Shown here in pieces: positions 40,010 to 49,277 of a DNA stretch of 64,000 bases. The notes beneath the pieces were generated by a model. It ran no database searches and was not told the origin of the DNA. It saw only the letters and a program-made list of their open reading frames with translations. Source of the DNA: Inconstantimicrobium porci (lineage in GTDB: Bacteria; Bacillota; Clostridia; Clostridiales; Clostridiaceae); contig NZ_VULX01000009.1 in assembly GCF_009696465.1 (NCBI RefSeq), forward strand, positions 37,537 through 101,536, written 5' to 3'. Positions within the stretch are counted from its first letter, which is position 1. Every line of letters begins with the position of its first letter. The position numbers and the translations under genes are program-made.

Positions 40010-42235
40010 ATGTCTACAATCAAAGATTTTATTCCTACAATTATTTACGTAATTCTTGGTATAATTGCTGCTTATCTAATTATTTTCAAGCTACTTGGAC
40101 TAAGAGTTATTGGTACTAATGAAGTAGGCGTAGTAGAAAAATGGTGGTCTCCAAAGGGCAACTTAAAATCAGGAAAATTTATTGCACTTAATGGTGAAGC
40201 AGGTTTTCAGCCTGATGTTTTAAGGACAGGCATTCATTTTAAATCATGCTTGGTTTATAAAATAGCAAAATGCCCTCTTGTTACTATTCCTCAAGGTCAG
40301 ATAGGCTATGTATTTGCCAGAGATGGTGAACCTCTTGCTGAAACTCAGACTCTAGGAAAAATTGTAGAGTGTTCAAACTTCCAGGACGCACGAGCCTTCC
40401 TTAAAAACGGTGGTCAGAAAGGTCCTCAAAGAGCAATATTAAGAGAGGGTACTTACGCATTTAACCTTAGTGCGTTTATTGTTCTTACTGAAGAAAATGA
40501 CTACTATTTAAGTATAGGTAATAAGCAAGAAGCTCTTCAGATAAAGAAAATGTCTGACGATCTTAAAGCTAAAAATGGATTTAGACCAGTTATAATTCGT
40601 GAAGGATTAAAGAATATCAAAGATCCAATGGCTATAATTACAGTACATGATGGTCCATCTCTTCCTAGTGGCGAAATAATTGCTCCAGTAGTAGGTGATG
40701 ACCCAACAAATAAAGCAACATATCATAACAATTTCCAAGATCCAGAAGCATTCTTAAGAGCTGGTGGATACCGTGGAAAACAGTATCAGGTAATAAGTGA
40801 TGGTACATTTTTTATTAACAGACTTTTTGCTACTATAGATATAATTCCTAAGACTATTATTCCTGTAGGTTTTGCTGGTGTTGTAAATTCCTTTGTAGGG
40901 AAAAAAGGTGTTGATGTCAGCGGCGCATCTTATACTCATGGTGAACTTGTAGAAGAAGGCTGTAAAGGTATATGGGTTAATCCTCTTATGCCTGGTAAAT
41001 ATGCTTACAATCTTTCTGCAGGAGTTCTTACTCAGGTTCCTACTACAAATTTTATTCTAAAATGGGTTGAATCAGAATCAGGCGGACATAATTTTGATGC
41101 AAATCTTAAAGAAGTAACTTTAATAACTAAAGATGCCTTTGAACCAACTCTTCCACTTTCAGTTGTTGTTCATATAGATTATACCAAGGCACCACTTGTT
41201 ATCCAAAGATTTGGTGACATTAAAAAGCTTGTTGACCAAACTCTTGACCCAATGGTTTCTTCATACTTTAAAAATATAGCTCAGAAAATGACTCTAATTG
41301 AACTTATTCAGAATCGTTCTGAAATTCAAAAGCAGGCAACAGAAGAAATGAAAGAAAAATTTGAGAATTACAATCTTGAACTTGAAGAAGTTCTTATTGG
41401 TACTCCTTCTCCTAATGGTGATAAGAAGATTGAAGAAATATTAAATCAGTTAAGCAATAGACAACTTGCTAAAGAAAAAATTGCTACTTATAATAGTCAA
41501 ATGCTTGCTAGCGAAAAGGAGAAAGAACTTAAGGACTTCCAGGCTAAAGCTGAACAGCAATTTGACCTTACTAAATCTGAAACAAATATCAAAATTCAAG
41601 ACAACATTGGTAAGGCGGAACTACAAAAAGCCAAACAAGATGCAGACAAGCAGAGAGCACTTGCTGATGCTGAAGCATATAAAGTCAAGAAACTTGCAGA
41701 AGCTCAGGCTGAAATGAAAGCAAGACTTGGTATAGCAGAAGCCATAGCAACAAAAGAGCAAGTTAACGCTTATGGGGGACCACAATACCAGGTTCTACAG
41801 AATGTTATGAGCAAATTTACTGATGCCATCAAAGAAGGAGCAATAAATATCGTTCCTAAAAATGTTGTTACAATGGGTGGTTCAGAAGACAATAAGAACA
41901 TCAATGCTTTTGATGGACTTCTTGGTATACTTTTATCTGAAAAAATCGGTATAGATTTTAAATCTGATGAAGGTGAAAGCGACTTTGCTAAGAAAATGAA
42001 AGAAGATATTTATAGAAAGATGGCTGAAGAAGATAAAAAGGAGTCTGAAGAAACTTTAGATATTAAGGCTCCAGAAATAAATGCAGAAAATAATCCACAA
42101 AAAGAGGTTGAAAATATAAATAAAAATGTGGATAACAAAAAAGCAGCAGAAAATAAAACTCACACAGAACCTACACCAGCTAAAAATCCACTACCAAGAT
42201 ACAAGGAATATAACATCTCTGATAAGCTTAAATAA
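40010..42235 (+). CDS. Flotillin-like SPFH/band-7 protein with a long C-terminal coiled-coil, Lys/Glu-rich region
   Basis: N-terminal TM helix, an SPFH domain, then about 300 aa of charged, low-complexity, heptad-like sequence. The start was moved to MSTIKDF, 9 nt after AAGGAG. Confidence 0.7.
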   Translation: MSTIKDFIPTIIYVILGIIAAYLIIFKLLGLRVIGTNEVGVVEKWWSPKGNLKSGKFIALNGEAGFQPDVLRTGIHFKSCLVYKIAKCPLVTIPQGQIGYVFARDGEPLAETQTLGKIVECSNFQDARAFLKNGGQKGPQRAILREGTYAFNLSAFIVLTEENDYYLSIGNKQEALQIKKMSDDLKAKNGFRPVIIREGLKNIKDPMAIITVHDGPSLPSGEIIAPVVGDDPTNKATYHNNFQDPEAFLRAGGYRGKQYQVISDGTFFINRLFATIDIIPKTIIPVGFAGVVNSFVGKKGVDVSGASYTHGELVEEGCKGIWVNPLMPGKYAYNLSAGVLTQVPTTNFILKWVESESGGHNFDANLKEVTLITKDAFEPTLPLSVVVHIDYTKAPLVIQRFGDIKKLVDQTLDPMVSSYFKNIAQKMTLIELIQNRSEIQKQATEEMKEKFENYNLELEEVLIGTPSPNGDKKIEEILNQLSNRQLAKEKIATYNSQMLASEKEKELKDFQAKAEQQFDLTKSETNIKIQDNIGKAELQKAKQDADKQRALADAEAYKVKKLAEAQAEMKARLGIAEAIATKEQVNAYGGPQYQVLQNVMSKFTDAIKEGAINIVPKNVVTMGGSEDNKNINAFDGLLGILLSEKIGIDFKSDEGESDFAKKMKEDIYRKMAEEDKKESEETLDIKAPEINAENNPQKEVENINKNVDNKKAAENKTHTEPTPAKNPLPRYKEYNISDKLK

Positions 42236-42335
42236 AGAATAACTTGATTTAAAAATAATATCTATAGACTTATTTGTCACTTAGGTAAAAGGTAAGGAAA
42301 TAATTCTTGAGACAAGCACATGAATTCTAATCTTA

Positions 42336-42430
42336 AATGGAGGCATCGCCTCCAAACCACTATACTGTTTAACTTTAGAGGTTTGGAGGTAAAACCTCCA
42401 TTTTGAAACTCCAGTGGAGTTTCATCCTTA
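42336..42430. repeat. Family-1 composite hairpin repeat, full copy
   Basis: AATGGAGGcatcgCCTCCAAACC ... GGTTTGGAGGtaaaaCCTCCATTTT GAAACTCCagtGGAGTTTCATCC. Confidence 0.7.
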
Positions 42431-42521
42431 CTTTTTGCTTTTGATCTGTGACCTGTGACTTACAAAGTTCTCATTCATCGAGCTATTTATACTATAGTTT
42501 CTAAAACCACCTTAATTCAAC

Positions 42522-42737
42522 TTAGTTACTAACTATTGTGCTTGCTGCTTCTTGTTCTGCATAGAAATTAATCTTCCTCTCACTCAAAATCTTTATCATT
42601 TTTTTAAGTTGTTTAATATCATCATCATCAAAGTTATTGTTGAAATAATCCTTTACTATTTCTTTGATTACACTGTCCTCCATTTTGTATCTTAAAAGAT
42701 AATACTTCTCATATGCTCTTGAATACTCATCTACCAT
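42522..42737 (-). CDS. Hypothetical small protein (71 aa)
   Basis: ORF only. Acidic DDDD stretch. No family recognised. Confidence 0.3.
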   Translation of the reverse strand: MVDEYSRAYEKYYLLRYKMEDSVIKEIVKDYFNNNFDDDDIKQLKKMIKILSERKINFYAEQEAASTIVSN

Positions 42738-42987
42738 TTTTATACCCCATAAAAATTTTTTATTTTTCCTGCTTTACTTCCTAATAATAAATATATTTCA
42801 CCTCCTATATTCTAAATTTATCTTTATAATATATTGTACATTGTTTTTTAATTATTCACCATAATTTAACAGCAAAATTTAATAAATTACTCTTTATATA
42901 AAAAGAGGATGAATAAGTAAAGCATCCTAAAAATCATACTTTGCTATTCATTCTCCTTTATCGTTTCTCAGGTATTTACCAAAAGTT

Positions 42988-44229
42988 CTACAACTGTCTA
43001 AGTGACTTATTACATAACTGTGCTACGAAGAATATTGCTGTTAAAATTCCCATAAGTAAGAAAATCTGATTTGTTGAAAATACAAGACATATTCCACCTA
43101 CTATAAATGATCCAAGAGGAGTTGAACTCATTGATAAAGCTCCCATTATACCTGTTGTCCTTGCAATATATGAATTATCAATTCTCTCCATAAACGCTAC
43201 ATTAAGCTGCATAATCATAATCCCTGCCGCAAACCCTATACCAAATGAGAATATCATAACTGGTATAAATGGATGTGAGAAATTTACAAGTACATAATAT
43301 GAACCATAACATATACCCAAAAGCACACCACTTGATACCAATAAATATATTCCTTTTACTTTCTCCTTAATCTTAGGTACTAAAAAGTTTCCACATGCAA
43401 GCCCTATAGTTAGAACTATATTAATAGCTGAATATGCCTCAGCTCCAAGATGAAGACTTGAATTGATATATACAAGCGCAAGTGTATTAAATGGTACCAG
43501 CAGTAGATTTATAACTGGTGTTAAAAGTACCATATTAAGCAGCAATTTATAATCTTTAAGATATACAAGCCCTGCCTTTAAATCACTAAAATAGCTGTGC
43601 AAATTAATCTTAACCTTTTCTATTATGTCGCCTTCATAGTTAATAAACAGAACTATAGATCCGCAAATGATAAATGATGCTGCATCAATAATAACACCGC
43701 TTGCAACTCCAAATAATCCAATTATCGTACCTGCAGCTGCTAGTCCTACAATCTCAACTATTCTAGATGATGATGCAAATAAAGACATCCCATAAGAATA
43801 ATTTTCCTTTGAAAGAAGGAGTGGTGTTACTGCGGAAGCTGCTGGTGACCTGAATGCTTCAAATGTTGAATTTATGACTGTTGAGATAAACAACATAGGT
43901 ACAGTAAGCTTTCCTGATAAATATAACAACGCTATAATTAATACCGTTATTCCCCTTCCAAAATCGCATAAAACAATAACCTTCTTCTTATTAAATCTCT
44001 CTACAAGCACCCCTGCAAAGGGCTGCAGTACCATTGTTGGTATGGCATTTACTCCAAAAATTAATGCCATTAAACTTGCTGAATTTGTAATCTTGTAAAC
44101 CATCCACTCATAAGCTATACAGTCCACAGAATCGCCAAATCTTGATATTAAATTTGCCATAATAAAAATAAGATAATTTTTTTCCTTAAGTACAGCTCTA
44201 TAAGAACTTTTTTGTTTTACATTTTCCAT
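42988..44229 (-). CDS. MFS transporter
   Basis: 12 TM segments. The start was set at MENVKQKS, preceded by AAGGGGG. Confidence 0.7.
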   Translation of the reverse strand: MENVKQKSSYRAVLKEKNYLIFIMANLISRFGDSVDCIAYEWMVYKITNSASLMALIFGVNAIPTMVLQPFAGVLVERFNKKKVIVLCDFGRGITVLIIALLYLSGKLTVPMLFISTVINSTFEAFRSPAASAVTPLLLSKENYSYGMSLFASSSRIVEIVGLAAAGTIIGLFGVASGVIIDAASFIICGSIVLFINYEGDIIEKVKINLHSYFSDLKAGLVYLKDYKLLLNMVLLTPVINLLLVPFNTLALVYINSSLHLGAEAYSAINIVLTIGLACGNFLVPKIKEKVKGIYLLVSSGVLLGICYGSYYVLVNFSHPFIPVMIFSFGIGFAAGIMIMQLNVAFMERIDNSYIARTTGIMGALSMSSTPLGSFIVGGICLVFSTNQIFLLMGILTAIFFVAQLCNKSLRQL

Positions 44230-44405
44230 TTTATAGCCCCCTTTACAAGAAATAATATATCCCAATTAGATATTTGTCAACAATGTCATTAGAATTTTAT
44301 CTAACAAAGTGTTATGATGTTCTATCAATGTTAGATAACACTTTTGTTTAAAAAAATAGCAGCTATGTCAAACGCATAACTGCCATGTAAAATATTATTA
44401 TTTAC

Positions 44406-45503
44406 TTATTTAAAATATTGATCAAGACTAGAAATAAACTTTTTAATTTCTTCTTTATTAAGACTGTAATAAATCTTTGTATCAATTCTATAGACTTTCA
44501 CAAAATTACATACAACTAAATCGTTCATATGGTATGAAATAGTAGCTGTTGTTAGGTTAAGCGCTTCTGCAATCTGTTGTCCATACATTTCTTTGTTTTT
44601 TAAAAGAGTAAGTATTTCAAATTTGCTTTTATCCCCTAAATTCTTTGCCAGCGCAAAAAGATATTTTTCGTCTTCCAAATTTGACTTTTTCAAATTTACA
44701 AAAACCGGTACAAGAATACCAAGATATAAAATATTAATATCTTTTTCATCGTGTTCCATATATGATAGTTCTCTATTCCTAGCTATTTGTGGATATAAAT
44801 CGATTAATTTCTCTCTATCAATAACAAGACCTATGTTTTTTTGAACTGAATCTATATTTTCTTCTGCATTTTTCTCAAAGTCAGCCATTAATCTATTAAT
44901 ATATTCTTCTATCTCTCCATAAGCATCATTATAAGCCTCTTCATTCATAAAGATTATATTAGCAAGTTCACAAAAATACTTTTGTGGATTGTTAAAGATT
45001 TCAATATAATTCCACTTAGTTTCTGGCGAAATATCTACCTGAGATACAAACTGCACAAAATTCTCCATGTTGTTTTCTTTTATCGCAGCCTTATAAAATG
45101 CTTCATCTTTAGTCTGCAGATCCTCATAATTCTGTCTTACTGTATATAGTAGTTTATTTCTATAAAATTCGGTTGAAAAATTGTTTGCATTTTCTTTTAT
45201 TTTTCTAAATCTATCTATGTCCCAGTTAGTAATCAATGCTGATGCAATGTCTTTAGACTCTCTAGGTGTCTTTCTAAAGTACATATCACCCCATGTCTTA
45301 TCAATGCTACATTGCTTCTTAAATCTATTAAGATACTTTTTTATTTTTGAGTAATACTTTCTATCAAACTGCTTTTTATCAACAAACAGCTTCTGATAGA
45401 TATTATTCATCTCATCTTTATAATCCTGCTCATGAATAACTGTATATATCAAATCTACGATCTCCTGCAATTTATTTGGATCCTTATGTACTTTTATATT
45501 CAT
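44406..45503 (-). CDS. ArsR-family winged-HTH regulator with a long (about 270 aa) N-terminal domain of unknown function
   Basis: The C-terminus GQQIAEALNLTTATISYHMNDLVVCNFV is an ArsR/SmtB-type HTH. It is next to, and in the same orientation as, the MFS gene. Confidence 0.5.
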   Translation of the reverse strand: MNIKVHKDPNKLQEIVDLIYTVIHEQDYKDEMNNIYQKLFVDKKQFDRKYYSKIKKYLNRFKKQCSIDKTWGDMYFRKTPRESKDIASALITNWDIDRFRKIKENANNFSTEFYRNKLLYTVRQNYEDLQTKDEAFYKAAIKENNMENFVQFVSQVDISPETKWNYIEIFNNPQKYFCELANIIFMNEEAYNDAYGEIEEYINRLMADFEKNAEENIDSVQKNIGLVIDREKLIDLYPQIARNRELSYMEHDEKDINILYLGILVPVFVNLKKSNLEDEKYLFALAKNLGDKSKFEILTLLKNKEMYGQQIAEALNLTTATISYHMNDLVVCNFVKVYRIDTKIYYSLNKEEIKKFISSLDQYFK

Positions 45504-45651
45504 ATTTACTACGCCTTTCCTTACTAAATATTAACTTTATTGTATCATTTAATACTATAAACTGCCATATTCATAAATTCTTATATGTTTTTACTTATTA
45601 CGAAATAATGTTATAATTAATATACTAACATTTATGAAGGGGGCTTTACTT

Positions 45652-46497
45652 ATGAACGGAGATGAAAATTCAGGTTCTATTCAGATAATAAATTCAGATG
45701 AACACACTGTCCAGCATCTCTTTCAACATGAAATAGACACAGTTGAAAAGATCACTACTGAAAATAACGACAATTGTACAAATACTGCTATTAATGATGC
45801 TACTTCTGATAATAATTCGGACAATTCTTATTCTCAGAATTCAGTAATATTCTATTTCAAGAGATTATTTACTGTGGCTTTAAAAACTATAAAGACGCCA
45901 TATTTTATGCTGTCTGCATTCGTAAAAGCAGCTGACTATAAAGTAGCACTTGGTTTTATAATCATCCAGAGTTTCTTGTTTGCAGGGTCAATAGCTTCGA
46001 TATTTGACTCAGTTAATGATTTGCTTAGTAACGTCACACCACTTTTTAGCAGCTCTTTATACAGTTCTGCAACTTTTTCAATAATGAAGTCTTTCTTTGT
46101 GACTCTTATTTCTTCAATACTGCTGATGCTGATTTTTGCATCAATAATACACATTTTTGTAACACTGTTGATGAAGACTAAGGCAACATATAAACAGATG
46201 TTATGTATTGCAAGTTCAAAGTGTATAGCTCAGATACCTTTCACAGTTGTTGCATTCATAGTATCTATGTTCAGCCCTGTTACTGCACTATTTATTGCAG
46301 GACTTGGCACACTGCTTGGTTGCTTCTTTGTAACATCTGCTATAAAAGGACTTAATAATGCAAGTGACAACAAAGTGCCTTATGTAGCCTTCTTATCATT
46401 TGCAGTACTTGCAGTTATAACTTATGCTTTAATAAAGTTAATCTTGCCAGTATTTTTATCATCTTCTCTTTTATCTATAAAAAGAGGACTTTATTAA
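45652..46497 (+). CDS. Polytopic membrane protein (Yip1-domain-like)
   Basis: 5-6 TM helices after an N-terminal soluble region rich in N, D, S and T. The start was set at MNGDEN after GAAGGGGG. Confidence 0.4.
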   Translation: MNGDENSGSIQIINSDEHTVQHLFQHEIDTVEKITTENNDNCTNTAINDATSDNNSDNSYSQNSVIFYFKRLFTVALKTIKTPYFMLSAFVKAADYKVALGFIIIQSFLFAGSIASIFDSVNDLLSNVTPLFSSSLYSSATFSIMKSFFVTLISSILLMLIFASIIHIFVTLLMKTKATYKQMLCIASSKCIAQIPFTVVAFIVSMFSPVTALFIAGLGTLLGCFFVTSAIKGLNNASDNKVPYVAFLSFAVLAVITYALIKLILPVFLSSSLLSIKRGLY

Positions 46498-46518
46498 ACA
46501 ATTGCCATTAATCAATTA

Positions 46519-46568
46519 AGGATGAAACTCCTTTAGGAGTTTCAAGAAAAGAGGAGAATTCTCCTCTT
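46519..46568. repeat. Family-1 hairpin repeat, partial copy (GGATGAAACTCCtttaGGAGTTTC plus AAGAGGAGaattCTCCTCTT)
   Basis: Directly downstream of the membrane-protein gene. Confidence 0.6.
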
Positions 46569-46723
46569 TAAGACTCTTCTAATTTCATATTAGCAACATA
46601 TACAATATAAAATAAGCAGCCGAAAAATTCGGCTGCTTTTGTTTTTATAAACTAGTCAAAATGATGTTCCTGGCGTCATATATAAAAGTTTTTAAAAAAG
46701 TTTCATTAATTTTCATTGCTAGA

Positions 46724-47191
46724 TTACAAAGACTGCATAAGTGCAAAGAAATGTTTAGAATCTCCTGTACTAAAATATTGATACCAATATTCCAGTGTGT
46801 TTGATTGAAAAACGCCTAAATATTCTATAATCTGCTTTGACCACAACAAAGCTCCTGCAGAACCTGCAGTAATAAGATTGTTATCTGCTACAGATGGCTT
46901 GTCTATATAAAGATTCTGTCCTTTATAAGCAGGAGAAAACATTTCAAGGAATCCTGCTCCATTACTTGTATGTGCTCTATTATCCAATAGACCTGCGTTA
47001 GCTAGTGCAGCAGTAGCCCCACAGATTGCACACACTGCTGCTCCCACAGATAGCAATTCACTTGCTTTTTCAATAATAGTGCTATGCTTTGGATCACTCC
47101 ATGTATCTGCCCCCGGTAATATCAACATGCTTTTTTCGCTCACTGAGATATCATCAATTGTGCAGTCAGGAACAATTGTCAACCCACCCAT
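46724..47191 (-). pseudogene. DJ-1/PfpI-family protein lacking about 40 N-terminal residues
   Basis: Homology begins at the equivalent of residue ~45 of DJ-1/YajL proteins and includes the Cys nucleophile region ICGATAALANAG. The upstream in-frame sequence is closed. An 8-nt tandem duplication (caaataaa x2) lies at 47213-47232 next to a short MKKQINK* ORF. Confidence 0.5.
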
Positions 47192-47314
47192 TGTTCTGAT
47201 TGGATCTTTAGGTTTATTTGTTTATTTGTTTTTTCATTGTAGCATGTGATTATTGACAACATTATGTCAACAATCTTTAATAATAAAGATTATCTTTTGA
47301 GCTAATGCATAAAA

Positions 47315-47347
47315 AATAAGCAGTTGAGAAAAACTCAACTGCTTATT
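47315..47347. terminator. Bidirectional terminator between cls (-) and the DJ-1 remnant
   Basis: aataagcagttgag-aaaa-actcaactgcttatt. Confidence 0.55.
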
Positions 47348-47464
47348 CTTTTATTATCCAAAAAGGAGTTGTTAAGAGGGCAAGCCCTCTTATGGAAATT
47401 CTTCCTTTGCAGAATTCAATCCTTCATTTAGCATTCTACACTTGGCATTTTGCATTAACTTTAG

Positions 47465-49000
47465 CTACATAAGTGGTGCGAATACTCTTAAAAAACTTCT
47501 TATTATTCTTATATACCATTTAACATTTCTGCACTCTTCTAGTGTTACTTCATGACATACATCAAGTGTCTTTAAGAAATCTTCTTTAATTTCCATAACA
47601 GACTTCGTTTTATACAGCCATATTCCACATTCAAAATGAAAATAAAGACTTCTGAAGTCAAGATTTATAGTTCCTACTACTCCAAGTTCATCATCACACA
47701 CAAATGTTTTGGAATGAATAAATCCTGGTGTGTATTCATAAATCTTTACGCCTACACTGATAAGCTGTTCGTAATATGACCTTGTAAGAATATGTACATA
47801 CCATTTATCAGGTACACATGGTGTTACTATCCTCACATCTACTCCACTTTTTGCTGCAAGTTCAAGTGCAGTTGTTATTTCATTATCAACTATAAAATAT
47901 GGTGTATTTATATAAATATAATCCTTTGCTCTGTTTATCATATTAAGATATGTAAACTCACCAAGTCTCTCATTATCAAGCGGACTATCTCCATAAGGCT
48001 GAACATATCCATCTGACTCTATTTCTTCTACCTTAAACTTTTCTGGTCTATAGTTATCATAGTCCTCAATAAAATTGTTATAAAAATTCCATGTCTGCAG
48101 GAACATAACTGTAAGGCTCCATACTGCATCACCTTTAAGCATTATTGAAGCATCTTTCCAGTGTCCAAATCTTTCTACTCTATTTATATACTCATCCGCT
48201 AAATTGATTCCACCAGTAAATCCTGTATGTCCATCGATAACAAGTATCTTTCTGTGGTCTCTTGTGTTATGCCTTACTGTCACAACAGGTGTAACAGGAT
48301 TAAATACGACACACTTTATACCAAGCTCTCGTAACTTTTCATCATAATGATGTGGAAGTTTACATATGCATCCAAAGTCATCATAAATTACTCTTACATC
48401 AACACCTTCTCTTACCTTTTTTATAAGTATATCAAGAACAGAATCCCACATAAATCCTTCTTCAATGATAAAATATTCAATGAATATGTAATGTTTTGCC
48501 TTCTTTAGCTCTTCTATTATCTTTTCAAACTTTACTTCTCCAGGTGACAAATACTGTGTAAAAGTATTTTTATATATAGGAAAAGCTGATGTCCTTGTTA
48601 TATATTCGGACTGCTTTGCAACATTCATGTCCATTTGTCTGATTTCTTCACGTATTGAATCATCCTGTTTTAAAAACTTAATAGTTTTATTATAAATATC
48701 TTCAGTCTTAATCCTAAACTCTTTACTTAAATTGCTTTTTCCAAATATCAAGAAAAGAATTACTCCGCCAACAGGAAGCCCTAATACAGCAATTACCCAT
48801 GCAAGTTTATACGATGTATTTTCATTTCTGCTTATTATCCAAAGCATTGAAAGTATACCTAAAACTAAAAATCCAGCATAAATATATGCAAATAAATAAC
48901 TAAGTCGTATAAATGCATAAATTAATCCAACTACCTGAAGTGTAATCAAAGAAGCCACAATGAAAATTCTGCTAAACATTACTTTAAAAGTATTTTTCAT
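47465..49000 (-). CDS. cls: Cardiolipin synthase (PLD superfamily, two HKD motifs)
   Basis: Two N-terminal TM segments, HRKILVIDGHTGFTGGINLADEY and HSKTFVCDDELGVVGTINLDFRS. Confidence 0.9.
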   Translation of the reverse strand: MKNTFKVMFSRIFIVASLITLQVVGLIYAFIRLSYLFAYIYAGFLVLGILSMLWIISRNENTSYKLAWVIAVLGLPVGGVILFLIFGKSNLSKEFRIKTEDIYNKTIKFLKQDDSIREEIRQMDMNVAKQSEYITRTSAFPIYKNTFTQYLSPGEVKFEKIIEELKKAKHYIFIEYFIIEEGFMWDSVLDILIKKVREGVDVRVIYDDFGCICKLPHHYDEKLRELGIKCVVFNPVTPVVTVRHNTRDHRKILVIDGHTGFTGGINLADEYINRVERFGHWKDASIMLKGDAVWSLTVMFLQTWNFYNNFIEDYDNYRPEKFKVEEIESDGYVQPYGDSPLDNERLGEFTYLNMINRAKDYIYINTPYFIVDNEITTALELAAKSGVDVRIVTPCVPDKWYVHILTRSYYEQLISVGVKIYEYTPGFIHSKTFVCDDELGVVGTINLDFRSLYFHFECGIWLYKTKSVMEIKEDFLKTLDVCHEVTLEECRNVKWYIRIIRSFLRVFAPLM

Positions 49001-49277
49001 ATTCCACTCCTCAACTATAATTTTTATTTCTTATTATACCATATATAGTATATATTATTATACTATATCATTTGTATAAAACATTTACATAATATTTTTA
49101 TTGCTTTTTTCAAAAAAGTAGTAGACATTTAAGAAAAATACTCATACAATGTATATATAATTTAATTAGTTTTTAGAAGACAATGGCGTTTTCAAAGAGA
49201 ATAGAAAAGTTTTAATACTTTCTATTTTATTTGAAGACGCCTTTTATTTTTAATAATTTTTAAGGAGAGGATTTTAA

